DNA from: an uncultured Erwinia sp. | Lineage (GTDB): Bacteria; Pseudomonadota; Gammaproteobacteria; Enterobacterales; Enterobacteriaceae | Assembly: GCA_945290265.1 (NCBI GenBank) | Contig: CALYQW010000008.1 | Location: 3,494-67,493, forward strand | Reading direction: 5' to 3' | DNA length: 64,000 nucleotides | Shown here: positions 1 to 9,558 of the stretch, in pieces | How positions within the stretch are numbered: the stretch's first letter is position 1 | How the letters are laid out: every line of letters starts with the position of its first letter | Translations under genes and position numbers: made by a program | Notes under the pieces: generated by a model | The model's input: only the letters and a program-made list of their open reading frames with translations | Told to the model about the DNA's origin: nothing | Database searches by the model: none

Positions 1-540
1 GTCCGATATTTCCTATCCCTGCGCGCCGCCCTGAGAAATGATGCCGTGATAAACCGGCTTCAGGCCGTTCCAATTGGCTGAATGATTTCTCTCTTCAAAC
101 GAGGACTGGGGGGTATAGGCGTCGATGCTGGCCTTACTGGCTTGCTTCGCGGTACAGTTTGCGATTGCGGCGATGCTGGGCTTTTTCACCCGACTGTTTC
201 TGGCCGCGCACTGGCAGGTACATATTGCCTGGTGGCCGCTCAGTATGCTGTTTGTGGCCATCTTCTGGATACTGGGGATACGGCGGGTAGAGGTGGGGGG
301 CGGCTACTCGGCGTACTGATGCTGGCGGAAACCGGTATCGTTCTGTTGACCGATATTATGATTCTGGTGCATAAAACCGGTGCCTTGAGCTGGCGTACAT
401 TTGAGCCTGCGGTATTTATGCAGGGTAACCTGGGCATCACCTTTATCTTTACCATCGCTGCCTTTATTGGTTTTAAATCCACTGCCATCTACGCGAAAGA
501 GTGTCGCAGTTCGCAGAAAACCGTGCCGCGCGCCACCCTT
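1..540 (+). pseudogene. APC-superfamily amino acid permease remnant (frameshifted, 3' truncated, runs off the window start)
   Basis: Two different + frames carry permease-like TM text. The first is 125..319 (AWWPLSMLFVAIFWILGI). The second is the frame of 82..621 (ITFIFTIAAFIGFKSTAIYAKECRSSQKTVPRATL), which resembles the conserved F.GFE..a..aEE.knP.k.iPrA motif of APC permeases. The frame switches near 300-320. Family-like text ends near 540, just before the convergent lpxP-like stop, so more than half of a normal permease is missing. Confidence 0.5.
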
Positions 541-583
541 AAACCGATCTGCCAGCGTGGTAAACGCTGGCTGAAGGGGAGCA

Positions 584-1504
584 TTAATACAGTGAAGCGG
601 CACCCAGTGGTCGGGTCTTAAAGCGGCGATGGAGCCACATATACTGATCCGGGGCGCGCATGATTTCGCGCTCAATCACCTGGTTCATATAGGCGGCGGC
701 CTGCTGTTCATCACTGACCGGATAGTCGCGTAACTCGGGTTGGATCACCAGTTCATAGCCACTGCGATCGCTGTTGCGGATCAATACCACGGTAATCAGC
801 GCCGGGTTGGCCATGCGGGTCAGCATCCAGGTGCCGCTGGTGGTGGCCGCCTGAGGTACGGCAAACAGCGGGGCAAATACGCTGCCTTTTGGCCCATAGT
901 CCTGGTCCGGAGCGAACCACACCGCTTCACCCTGCTTGAGAGCCTGTACCATACCGCGCAGATTACGTCGGTTAATCATCGCTTTGTTAGAGCGCATACG
1001 GCCTTTGGTCTGGACCCATTCCATCAGCTTATTATTGTGAGGGCGATACATCGCCATCATCGGCTGACACAAGCCCATCACCCGGCCACCCAGTTCCAGC
1101 GACATAAAATGCACGCCGATGATTAATACGCCACGACCTTCACGCTGAGCATGCTGCAAATGATGTAAACCGTTGACGCTGAACCAGCGTTTGACGCGTT
1201 TATCAGACCAGAACCACGCCATCCCGGTCTCCAGCAGCCCCATGCCCAGTGATTCAAAGTTACCCACCACGCGCAGTTCGCGCTGCACCGGATCCATATC
1301 AGGAAAGCAGAGCTGCAGATTACGGCGGGTGATGGATACCCGGCGTTTCAGAAAATGCATGGAAGTGCGACCCAGCCAGATACCCAGCCGGTGTAGCAGG
1401 GGGTAAGGCAGCTGAACCAGCAGAAAAAGTACGCTGATACCAAACCAGGTCAGCCAGTAGCGCGGTTTTAATAAACCCCACTGAAATTGTTGAGACTCTG
1501 TCAT
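584..1504 (-). CDS. lpxP: Lipid A lauroyl/palmitoleoyl acyltransferase, LpxL/LpxP family (closest by eye to LpxP)
   Basis: From ORF 584..1585. Family strings present: KPRYWLTWFGISVLFLLVQLPYP, GVHFMSLELGGRVMGLCQPMMAMYRPHNN, WFAPDQDYGPKGSVFAPLFAV, MWLHRRFKTRP. Start moved to the internal ATG at 1504 (MTESQQFQW) to fit family N-termini. The paralog choice (LpxP versus LpxL) rests on memory of the E. coli proteins. Confidence 0.8.
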   Translation of the reverse strand: MTESQQFQWGLLKPRYWLTWFGISVLFLLVQLPYPLLHRLGIWLGRTSMHFLKRRVSITRRNLQLCFPDMDPVQRELRVVGNFESLGMGLLETGMAWFWSDKRVKRWFSVNGLHHLQHAQREGRGVLIIGVHFMSLELGGRVMGLCQPMMAMYRPHNNKLMEWVQTKGRMRSNKAMINRRNLRGMVQALKQGEAVWFAPDQDYGPKGSVFAPLFAVPQAATTSGTWMLTRMANPALITVVLIRNSDRSGYELVIQPELRDYPVSDEQQAAAYMNQVIEREIMRAPDQYMWLHRRFKTRPLGAASLY

Positions 1505-1852
1505 AAATACTCGTGCTGATGTTGAAAAAGGGGCGAGCCGCAGGCACACCCGACCCGGGTCGAGTGCATGAGACAGGTATGACACCGTGAAAAGGAATTG
1601 GTTAGGTTTATGCGTATTATTAATTGTATATTTTTATTTAATAATGTTGTGTCTATTGAATAAACTGGATGAGGAGTCTAAGTTCGGGGGAAAACGGCAC
1701 TTCCGATTTGATGAAAATTCCTTTTTTTATAGTCGGTTATGTTATAGCAATCGGCGGGTAGCGCATTTTTTGTTTTTTACAAATCGACCTCCGATTAGTT
1801 TCCATCATCTGCTTTCAATATCAATAAGGCACTCAGCTGTTTATAGTGCCTG

Positions 1853-2316
1853 TCAGAACCGGGATGTCAGTAACTTTATGCCCGCCACACAATAGAACAG
1901 CGCCAGACAGGTGCAGAAGATTTTTTCAATGCGTTGAAACGGTCGCATCGCCAGCGTGCTGGAAAAGGCGAGCGCATAAAATGAGAACACCATGATACAA
2001 ACGAAAAAAACAATCTGCGATGGTTTCTGCCGCAACGGCGTAGTTCATCCCGTCCTTCATTGACAGTGACATAATAGCCACCCAGATAGTTTATCACCAG
2101 CAGCAGGCTGGCGACGGTGGCCAGTAAAGACGCGATACCCAGCGTGGCGGTCAGTGCCCGGATCGTTGAACCGGTGGTTACCCCATCGCGGGAACCAGAG
2201 CATTTTTGCGATGGCCGCCGATTGCGGTACTCATAAAGGCCATATTACTGGGGCCAGGGCTGAAGGTTGCTAAAATAAGTACTATAAATAACCGTTAACC
2301 CGCCTGAAATATGCAT
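1853..2316 (-). pseudogene. LysE/RhtB-family amino acid exporter, decayed (at least 2 frameshifts, shorter than the family norm)
   Basis: Minus strand from ATG 2316 reads MHISGGLTVIYS and stops after 23 codons. The next frame gives LILATFSPGPSNMAFMSTAIGG, which contains the family PGP motif. A third frame gives VTTGSTIRALTATLGIASLLATVASLLLVI. ORF 1853..2035 supplies the C-terminal TM text AFSSTLAMRPFQRIEKIFCTCLALFYCVAGIKLLTSRF. The span is about 154 codons against about 200 expected. Confidence 0.55.
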
Positions 2317-2714
2317 TAGTCACCCCGGTAAACAATATGTATTTTATTGCTATCAGGATCAGCAAAGTAAGCGCCGCGGTAGTTATCGCCATACCATTCC
2401 CTTAACCATGGCTCGCCCAGCGCGGTTCCGTCCTTTGCCATTGCAGCAGCGAATGATTGATTCACTTTTTCAGGTGAGTCGGCGGGTAATGCCACCCTCG
2501 TGCCATTATCCGCCGTTGCAGGTTCACCATTAAAAGGTAAACAGGTATAGAAGCGGAGTAAAAGATGTTCTCTTTGTATCCAGCACAGTGACTCCGGGCC
2601 GCCATCTTTTTCAACCTGTCTTCTTATCAGGTCCAGCGGAGCAAGAACGGCATCTTAAAAGACCCCGGCGGTAACCAGACAGCGGACACCTACAGTAATA
2701 TGGCTGAACATCAT
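2316..2714 (-). pseudogene. VOC/glyoxalase-family protein inactivated by an in-frame TAA at codon 20
   Basis: Minus frame from ATG 2714 reads MMFSHITVGVRCLVTAGVF, then TAA (2657..2655), then DAVLAPLDLIRRQVEKDGGPESLCWIQ...ADSPEKVNQSFAAAMAKDGTALGEPWLREWYGDNYRGAYFADPDSNKIHIVYRGD, then TAA (2318..2316). The N-terminal SHI.vgV....a..FYdavL pattern and the C-terminal Y.gAYf.DPDgn pattern are VOC-like. The stop sits where homologs have Tyr (FYD). The terminal TAA overlaps the ATG of the LysE-like remnant (TAATG). Confidence 0.65.
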
Positions 2715-2847
2715 GGCTCTCCTGGTTTTCAGGAAGACGTGAATGGAGCATGGGCTCAGAATATACCGGTGATACTGGTTTAGCGTAAAGCACGACTACC
2801 GTAAAACCCCGGCAACCAGACGTGATAAAAAAAACCGCTGAAACCCG

Positions 2848-3609
2848 TCATTGGCCCCTGAGCACCTTCGCCCCGTGCTGAGTAAGATAAGCACAGGCAG
2901 ATTCCGGCAGGTGGTTATCTGAAATCACCGTATCAAACACCGATAATGGCAACGCCATATAGGTTGCTGCCTGATTAAACTTGGAACTGTCACTTAATAA
3001 GATTTTTTTAGCGCTGACCTGGCTGGCGGCGCGCTTTACCGATATTTTTCTCTCGTCCGGGGTGAATATGCCGCGTAAATCCCAGCTGCTGGTTGAGATA
3101 AACGCCATATCAATCGCCAGATTCAGCAGGGTGCGTGCCGCTGACTCACCGGTGGCAGAACGATTTTCACGACACAGTGTGCCGCCGGTATGAATCACTC
3201 CACACTGGCTGGAATTAATCAGCAGCCGCGTAATTTCAAAGTCATTGGTGACGATTTGCAAATCATCGCGGTGCAAAATTTCTTTTGCCAGCGCCAGGGT
3301 GGTGGTACCGGCATCAAGATAGATACAGCATTGTTGCGGGATGTTTTCTGCCGCTAAACGCCCGATAGCGCTTTTTTCATCGCTGTATAAGGTGCTTTTA
3401 ACCAGATGGCTGGGTTCGGATGACAGTCGATTAATGGAGCGCACGCCGCCGGACACGGAAACCAGTAACCCCTCCTGCTCCAGCTTTCCGACATCGCGAC
3501 GAATGGTCATATGAGAAACGCCGAGAATATCCGTTAACTCAGTAATACTCGCCGTGCCTCTCTGTTCCAGTAATGCCAGTATATGCTGATGCCGTTCGAT
3601 GGGTATCAA
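2848..3609 (-). CDS. ygbI: DeoR-family transcriptional repressor of the divergent acid-sugar operon (YgbI-like)
   Basis: 253-aa ORF. N-terminal DeoR HTH (RHQHILALLEQRGTASITELTDILGVSHMTIRRDVGKLEQEGLL) plus a sugar-phosphate-binding C-domain. It is divergent from the ltnD-otnKCI-ygbN genes, as in E. coli ygbI. Confidence 0.85.
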   Translation of the reverse strand: MIPIERHQHILALLEQRGTASITELTDILGVSHMTIRRDVGKLEQEGLLVSVSGGVRSINRLSSEPSHLVKSTLYSDEKSAIGRLAAENIPQQCCIYLDAGTTTLALAKEILHRDDLQIVTNDFEITRLLINSSQCGVIHTGGTLCRENRSATGESAARTLLNLAIDMAFISTSSWDLRGIFTPDERKISVKRAASQVSAKKILLSDSSKFNQAATYMALPLSVFDTVISDNHLPESACAYLTQHGAKVLRGQ

Positions 3610-3846
3610 GATGCTCTCCTTACCAATTTTTCACACTGCAATCATAAGCATTATTAATCATGCGGTTATGCTTATTTTAAATTCTGCTACACCACGTCTG
3701 AACATGCCTGGGAGTTAAATATAGCCTGCGCTGATGTGATTTTTTTATAAAAAATTAGCTGTGCGTGATAAGTGTCACATATTCTAACAACGCAGCCGGT
3801 ATAGTCTATCAATAAGTCACATAATTTCACAATGTTGAGGTATCAC

Positions 3847-4761
3847 ATGTCAGTTCAGAAAAACAATGTCTGCATTATTGGGCTGGGATCGATGGGAATG
3901 GGCGCTGCGCTGTCATGTATTAAAGCCGGTCTCAATACCTGGGGTGTCGATATTAACCCACAGTCCTGCCAGTCTTTGATCCAGGCGGGGGCGAAAGAAG
4001 CGGGCAACAGCGCGATCCCCTTTGCTGCTGAACTTGATGCTGTGTTATTGCTGGTGGTGAATGCGGACCAGGTAAAAAATATTCTGTTTGGCGACAATGC
4101 GCTGGCACCACACCTAAAGCCAGGCACCATTGTGATGGTTTCTTCAACGATTTCCGCCGCTGATGCCAGTGAAATTGCCACGAATCTCCGGCAATACGAT
4201 CTGCTGATGTTGGATGCGCCGGTCTCCGGAGGTGCTGCTAAAGCGGCAACCGGAGACATGACCGTGATGGCATCCGGCAGCGCTGCGGCTTTTGCTGGCT
4301 TACAACGGCTTTTAGAGGCGATTGCCGGCAAAGTGTATCGTATTGGTGATGATATTGGCCTCGGTTCAACTGTCAAAATCATCCATCAGCTGCTGGCTGG
4401 CGTGCATATCGCGGTAGGTGCCGAAGCCATGGCATTAGCGGCGCGTGCCGGTATTCCTCTCGACACCATGTATGACGTGGTGACCCATGCGGCGGGTAAC
4501 TCCTGGATGTTTGAAAACCGCATGCAGCATGTGCTTGACGGCGACTACTCGCCAAAATCGGCGGTCGATATTTTTGTTAAAGATCTCGGCCTGGTGAATG
4601 ACACCGCCCGTTCCCTGAAATTTCCCCTGCCTCTCGCGACCACTGCCCTTAATATGTTCACCTCCGCCAGCAATGCCGGTTACGGGCGTGAAGATGACAG
4701 TGCGGTGATCAAGATTTTTAGCGGGATAACATTGCCGGCAAACCGTGCTGAGGGGAAATAA
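3847..4761 (+). CDS. ltnD: L-threonate dehydrogenase (3-hydroxyisobutyrate dehydrogenase family, YgbJ/LtnD)
   Basis: From ORF 3832..4761. Long identical runs to remembered E. coli YgbJ: GLGSMGMGAA, LDAPVSGGAAKAA.G.MTVMASGS, GSTVKIIHQLLAGVHIA.GAEAMALAARAGIPLD, DSAVIKIFSGITLP. ATG 3847 chosen because a GAGG Shine-Dalgarno lies 6 nt upstream. Confidence 0.9.
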   Translation: MSVQKNNVCIIGLGSMGMGAALSCIKAGLNTWGVDINPQSCQSLIQAGAKEAGNSAIPFAAELDAVLLLVVNADQVKNILFGDNALAPHLKPGTIVMVSSTISAADASEIATNLRQYDLLMLDAPVSGGAAKAATGDMTVMASGSAAAFAGLQRLLEAIAGKVYRIGDDIGLGSTVKIIHQLLAGVHIAVGAEAMALAARAGIPLDTMYDVVTHAAGNSWMFENRMQHVLDGDYSPKSAVDIFVKDLGLVNDTARSLKFPLPLATTALNMFTSASNAGYGREDDSAVIKIFSGITLPANRAEGK

Positions 4762-4762
4762 G

Positions 4763-6025
4763 ATGCAACTCGGAGTGATTGCTGACGATTTTACCGGGGC
4801 AACGGATATTGCCAGTTTCCTCGTCAAAAATGGTATGTCGACCATCCAGCTTAGCGGCGTACCACAGCAGGATCTGCAGACTGACAACGATGCGGCAGTG
4901 GTCAGCCTGAAAACGCGTTCATGCCCGGTGGACTCTGCGATCCAACAATCTTTAGCTGCTCTGAGCTGGCTACAAAAGCAGGGCTGCCAGCAGTTCTATT
5001 TTAAATATTGTTCCACTTTTGACAGTACTCCGGAAGGCAACATCGGCCCGGTACTGGATGCGTTATTAGCGGCACTGGGCGAGAAAACCACCATTATCTC
5101 TCCGTCGCTGCCCGTCAATGGCAGAACCGTTTACCAGGGGTATCTGTTTGTTGCAGACCAGCTGCTGAACGAGTCGGGCATGCGCAACCACCCGGTTACG
5201 CCGATGAAAGACGCGAATTTACTGCGCCTGATTGAATCACAGGCGCAGGGCAAAGCCGGTCTGATCGGCTACAGCATCATGGAACAGGGAAGCGACAGCG
5301 TTCGCCAACGGCTGACGGAACTGGCTGGCACCGGCATCAGTTATGTCGTCCTGGATGCGCTAAATGAGCAGCACCTGCTCACCCAGGGGGAAGCGGTACA
5401 GGGGCTGAAACTGGTTTCTGGTGGTTCAGGGCTGGCGATGGGGATCGCCCGGGCCTGGGCGCAGAAAAAAGGCGCGGTTGAAGACAGTTCTGCTGCCGGA
5501 CACCCGGTGCGGGGCAACGCGGTGGTGTTATCCGGCTCCTGCTCGGTGATGACCAATGCACAGGTGGCAGCCTATCAGTCACAGGCAGCGGCGAAAAGCC
5601 TCGATTTAGCCGCGTGTTTTGACCATTTTGACCAGTATGTCGCGGAAATATCTGCCTGGGTACGTGAACAGGATAACCACCCACTCGCTCCGCTGGTTTA
5701 TGCCACCACCGAACCGCAAACCTTAAAGCGCCTGCAGGCAATTTATGGTGATAAAGCCAGCAGTGAAATCGTGGAGCGCTTCTTCGCAAGCCTGGCGGCA
5801 GACTTACGGCGACACGGGTTTACCCGCTTTATTATTGCTGGTGGTGAAACTTCCAGTATCGTCGCCCAGACGTTGGGCGTAAAAGCCTTTCATATCGGGC
5901 CGACGATCTCTCCCGGTGTGCCCTGGGTGCGCGACAGCGCACAGGATCTGTCACTCGCCTTAAAGTCAGGCAATTTTGGCGATGAAAATTTCTTTGCCCG
6001 CGCCCAGCAGGAGTTCCCGCTATGA
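4763..6025 (+). CDS. otnK: 3-oxo-tetronate kinase (DUF1537 four-carbon acid sugar kinase, YgbK/OtnK)
   Basis: From ORF 4745..6025. Family N-terminus MQLGVIADDFTGATDIASFL starts at ATG 4763, immediately after the ltnD stop. Its position between ltnD and otnC matches the E. coli ygb operon. Confidence 0.88.
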   Translation: MQLGVIADDFTGATDIASFLVKNGMSTIQLSGVPQQDLQTDNDAAVVSLKTRSCPVDSAIQQSLAALSWLQKQGCQQFYFKYCSTFDSTPEGNIGPVLDALLAALGEKTTIISPSLPVNGRTVYQGYLFVADQLLNESGMRNHPVTPMKDANLLRLIESQAQGKAGLIGYSIMEQGSDSVRQRLTELAGTGISYVVLDALNEQHLLTQGEAVQGLKLVSGGSGLAMGIARAWAQKKGAVEDSSAAGHPVRGNAVVLSGSCSVMTNAQVAAYQSQAAAKSLDLAACFDHFDQYVAEISAWVREQDNHPLAPLVYATTEPQTLKRLQAIYGDKASSEIVERFFASLAADLRRHGFTRFIIAGGETSSIVAQTLGVKAFHIGPTISPGVPWVRDSAQDLSLALKSGNFGDENFFARAQQEFPL

Positions 6026-6642
6026 CAGAGCATGAATTACGCCGTGAAATGGTGCATATCGGGGCTTCGTTATTTGCCCGCGGTTATGCGACAGGTTCCG
6101 CAGGAAACCTCTCTTTATTACTCCCCGATGGCAATGTGTTAGCCACGCCAACCGGTTCCTGTTTAGGAGAATTACAGGAAGACAGCCTGTCGGTTGTTAC
6201 CCCGCAAGGTGAATGGATATCAGGCAACAAACCGTCGAAAGAGGTCTCATTCCATCGCGCGGTTTATCAAAACAAGCCTGAGTGCAAAGCGATTGTGCAC
6301 CTGCACAGCCACTATCTGACGGCGCTTTCCTGCCTGCAGGGGCTGGATACGCAAAACTGCATTCGGCCGTTTACCCCTTATGTGGTGATGCGGATTGGCG
6401 ATGTGCCGCTAGTGCCTTATTACCGCCCGGGAGATGCGCGTATCGCCACCGATTTAGCCAGACTGGCGCCGCACTATAACGCGTTCCTGCTGGCCAACCA
6501 CGGTCCGGTGGTAACCGGTTCGTCACTGCGCGAGGCCACCAATAACACCGAAGAATTAGAAGAAACCGCACGCCTGATATTCACATTAAGTCCTCGTGAA
6601 ATTCGCTATTTAACACCCGATGAAGTCAAAGAGTTGAGATAA
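6022..6642 (+). CDS. otnC: 3-oxo-tetronate 4-phosphate decarboxylase (class II aldolase/adducin fold, YgbL/OtnC)
   Basis: 206-aa ORF. The ATGA overlap with the otnK stop suggests translational coupling. Class II aldolase text is present (GSAGNLS, HLHS, ANHGPV). Confidence 0.85.
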   Translation: MTEHELRREMVHIGASLFARGYATGSAGNLSLLLPDGNVLATPTGSCLGELQEDSLSVVTPQGEWISGNKPSKEVSFHRAVYQNKPECKAIVHLHSHYLTALSCLQGLDTQNCIRPFTPYVVMRIGDVPLVPYYRPGDARIATDLARLAPHYNAFLLANHGPVVTGSSLREATNNTEELEETARLIFTLSPREIRYLTPDEVKELR

Positions 6643-6648
6643 CTAACT

Positions 6649-7428
6649 ATGCCAAAATTTGCTGCTAACCTCTCGACGATGTTCACCGAACTGCCCTTTA
6701 TGGAACGTTTTTCTGCGGCGGCGCAGGCCGGGTTTAAGGGCGTAGAATTTCTGTTTCCTTATGAGTACCAGGCGGCCGATATTAAACGCTGCCTGACGGA
6801 AAATAATCTGCAGCTGGTGTTGTTCAATACCCTGCCGGGTAACGTTAACGCGGGGGAATGGGGAGTAACGGCGCTGCCAGACCAGGTGGCGTTAGCACGC
6901 AAACATATTCAGCTCGCCTTCGATTACGCCTGTGCTCTGGATTGCGATCAGGTGCATGTGATGGCGAGCGTGATTACCCCGGAGATGGATCCTGAACGTT
7001 GCGAAACCACGTTTATTGAAAACCTGCGCTATGCGGCCGATTTGTTTGCCGAAAAAGGAAAAAGCCTGCTGATTGAGGCGTTAAACCCGGTATCCCGCGC
7101 GCAGTATTTATATTCCAGCCAGTATCAAACCCTGGAGATGGTAAAACGTATTGATCGACCGAACGTTTTTACGCAATTAGATCTGTTCCATGCCCAAAAA
7201 GTGGATGGCAATTTAACTAAATTGATTACCGAGTATGCCGGTCAGTATCGCCATATTCAGATTGCTTCTTTGCCTGACCGCCATGAGCCAGATGAGGGTG
7301 AAATTAATTATAACTGGATATTTAATCTGTTAGACAGCACCGGCTATATCGGCTGGGTGGGGTGTGAATATAACCCTAAACAAGATACCTTTTCCGGGCT
7401 GAAATGGTTCGATAAATATAAAAAATAA
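6649..7428 (+). CDS. otnI: 2-oxo-tetronate isomerase (hydroxypyruvate isomerase/TIM-barrel family, YgbM/OtnI)
   Basis: 259-aa [24 protein letters not shown] is the characteristic Hyi/OtnI N-terminus. Operon position supports the call. Confidence 0.85.
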   Translation: MPKFAANLSTMFTELPFMERFSAAAQAGFKGVEFLFPYEYQAADIKRCLTENNLQLVLFNTLPGNVNAGEWGVTALPDQVALARKHIQLAFDYACALDCDQVHVMASVITPEMDPERCETTFIENLRYAADLFAEKGKSLLIEALNPVSRAQYLYSSQYQTLEMVKRIDRPNVFTQLDLFHAQKVDGNLTKLITEYAGQYRHIQIASLPDRHEPDEGEINYNWIFNLLDSTGYIGWVGCEYNPKQDTFSGLKWFDKYKK

Positions 7429-7480
7429 GCCCGATAGTTAAAGAAAAAACGCTTACGCCAACACCTTCTGAGGTCTAATT

Positions 7481-8839
7481 ATGTCTACCACTACGCTGTT
7501 ATTGATAGCGTTAGCCAGCGTAGTCTTGCTGCTATTTCTGGTTATTAAGGCTAAAGCTCACCCTTTTGTGGCTTTACTGATTGTCAGTCTGCTGGTTGCC
7601 TTCACTACCGGGATCCCGGCCAGCGATATTATGAAAATCATTGAAAAAGGCATGGGGGGGATATTAGGGCATATTGCCAGCATTATTATTCTCGGCTCGA
7701 TGCTGGGGGTGCTGATTGAAATGTCCGGTGGTGCCGAATCACTGGCAAATACGCTCACCAAAGCCCTGGGACCGAAAAGAACCATTGCCGCCTTAACCAT
7801 TGTGGCTTTTATCCTCGGAACACCGGTGTTCTTTGAAGTCGGCTTTATCATCATTATTCCGATGATTTACGGCTTCAGTAAGGTATCTCATGTTTCCCCG
7901 CTGAAATTTGGCCTGCCAATGGCTGGGGTGATGCTGGCTGTACATGTTGCGTTACCGACGCACCCGGGAGCGGCGGCGGCGGCAAGCATCCTGCATGCGG
8001 ATGTTGGCTGGCTGATGTTAGCCGGTCTGTTGATCTCAATGATGGCCGGGATTGTCGGTTATTTTTATTCCCGCCTGCTCAACAGGCGCAATTATCAGCT
8101 ATCCATCAATGTGTTTGCACAACAGCAAACCGCTGAGCTACCGGGCAATGCAGAGAAAAAATCGCAGCAGCCCCCTCCCGGTGCGCTGGTGATTGCAGGC
8201 CTGATTGTGATCCCAATTGCATTAATTGTCTCCGGCACCTTATGCCAGGCCTTGTTAACCGATAGCAACCCGGTGCGCCAGATCATGACCGTGGGCGGTA
8301 CTCCGCCGGTGGCGCTGTTAATTTCGCTGGGCATCGCCAGCTGGCTGCTGGGCGTTCGTCGTGGCATCAGTGTGAAAAAATTAGGCGAAGTCACCGGCCG
8401 GGCGATCCCCTCATCGGCGGATGTGATCCTGGTGGCGGGGGCTGGCGGTGCCTTCGGTGGCGTGTTAGTCGCCTCGGGTATCGGTAATGCCCTGGCCGGG
8501 GCGCTGGAAGCCATTCATTTACCGCTGCTGCCGGCGGCGTTTTTGCTGTCCCTGGTGTTACGCGCTTCGCAGGGGTCGGCCACGGTGGCAATACTGACCA
8601 CCTCCGGGCTGTTATCGCAAGCGGTAGTCGGCCTTGAACCGGCACAAATGGTGCTGGTGGCATTAGCCACCTGTTTTGGTGCTTTAGGCCTTTCGCATGT
8701 TAATGATGCGGGCTTCTGGGTGGTGACGCGCTATCTGGGGTTATCGGTGCCTGATGGTTTAAAAACCTGGACGGTACTCACCACCGTGATGGGCGTTGCC
8801 GGATTCCTGCTGACCTGGGCCGCCTGGCTGGTGATTTAG
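7481..8839 (+). CDS. ygbN: GntP-family acid-sugar:H+ symporter (YgbN-like)
   Basis: 452-aa polytopic membrane ORF. GntP-type text is present (FVALLIVSLLVAF..G, GGILG.I..II.LG..LG, HVNDAGFW). It is the last gene of the ygb-type operon. Confidence 0.85.
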   Translation: MSTTTLLLIALASVVLLLFLVIKAKAHPFVALLIVSLLVAFTTGIPASDIMKIIEKGMGGILGHIASIIILGSMLGVLIEMSGGAESLANTLTKALGPKRTIAALTIVAFILGTPVFFEVGFIIIIPMIYGFSKVSHVSPLKFGLPMAGVMLAVHVALPTHPGAAAAASILHADVGWLMLAGLLISMMAGIVGYFYSRLLNRRNYQLSINVFAQQQTAELPGNAEKKSQQPPPGALVIAGLIVIPIALIVSGTLCQALLTDSNPVRQIMTVGGTPPVALLISLGIASWLLGVRRGISVKKLGEVTGRAIPSSADVILVAGAGGAFGGVLVASGIGNALAGALEAIHLPLLPAAFLLSLVLRASQGSATVAILTTSGLLSQAVVGLEPAQMVLVALATCFGALGLSHVNDAGFWVVTRYLGLSVPDGLKTWTVLTTVMGVAGFLLTWAAWLVI

Positions 8840-8982
8840 AGGCTGCTTAGGCAGCGCAAGGTGCGAGTCACAAGCATATAAAGGCATTATTCCGTAGAAT
8901 AGTGCTTTTATATAAATATTCAGAGGCATGGCTGTTTAACCGGCCCTCAATAAAAATATTCCTGATAATCGGTTTTTACGGA

Positions 8983-9558
8983 CTAAATCATCAGTCGATA
9001 TTTTTCCAGCTCAGTCACTGTTTTTGGCAAGCCCAGCTGAAGCAGGCTTTGCAAAAATTGCTCTGGAGTGAGGGAAGGGGTACGCAGGTGTGACCGCTGC
9101 ATGCTAACCGCTTCAAGCACCAAGGCATGGTTCAGGTCGAAAAGGTCTGATAAAAACTCATCCGGGTGAAGCGCTTCAATATCAAATTCAGCAAGGTTTA
9201 CGCCAGGGAAATCGGCAAGATTGTAGGTCACAATCACTTCGGAATCTGAGCGGATGGCCGCGGCAAGCACATGCCGGTCATCCTGATCTGGCAGGTTAAG
9301 CCCGTCGATAATGCTTTCATAGCCCGTTACGCAGGCATCGCTGAATGCTTTATTCATCAGTGTTTCGGTGCGTTTCAATTGTTCAACCTGAATATCAGGG
9401 CGGTTTTTTAGCAGATTTCGCTGCCATTCATCATGTATCAGGTTAGTCCATTTAGGTTGATATAAACCCGTCTTCCCAAGATGCATCAGAAGATCCCGCA
9501 GCATTGATGGGTAGAGCACGCAGGCATCAAGAACGGCGGGATAAGGTGAATGTGTCAT
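8983..9558 (-). CDS. PIN-domain protein, putative type II toxin (VapC-like with C-terminal extension)
   Basis: 191-aa ORF. Begins with a PIN-like LDACVLYP acidic start, and has a later DDRHVLAAAI motif. Its ATG overlaps the stop of the upstream HTH gene (ATGA at 9556..9560). Confidence 0.7.
   Translation of the reverse strand: MTHSPYPAVLDACVLYPSMLRDLLMHLGKTGLYQPKWTNLIHDEWQRNLLKNRPDIQVEQLKRTETLMNKAFSDACVTGYESIIDGLNLPDQDDRHVLAAAIRSDSEVIVTYNLADFPGVNLAEFDIEALHPDEFLSDLFDLNHALVLEAVSMQRSHLRTPSLTPEQFLQSLLQLGLPKTVTELEKYRLMI

Noticed and set aside
1828-1850. Hairpin GGCACT...AGTGCC with the same stem as the fis terminator (12963..12988).
   Set aside because: Only the 6-bp stem is shared; the loops and flanks differ. 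It is most simply an independent terminator of the LysE-like remnant.
1587-1895. 102-aa ORF in the AT-rich spacer upstream of lpxP, and the 95-aa ORF 61365..61652 in the gltB-arcB gap.
   Set aside because: Both have AT-rich, Phe/Leu/Ile/Asn-biased translations with no ribosome-binding site. They are most likely non-coding promoter or leader DNA.
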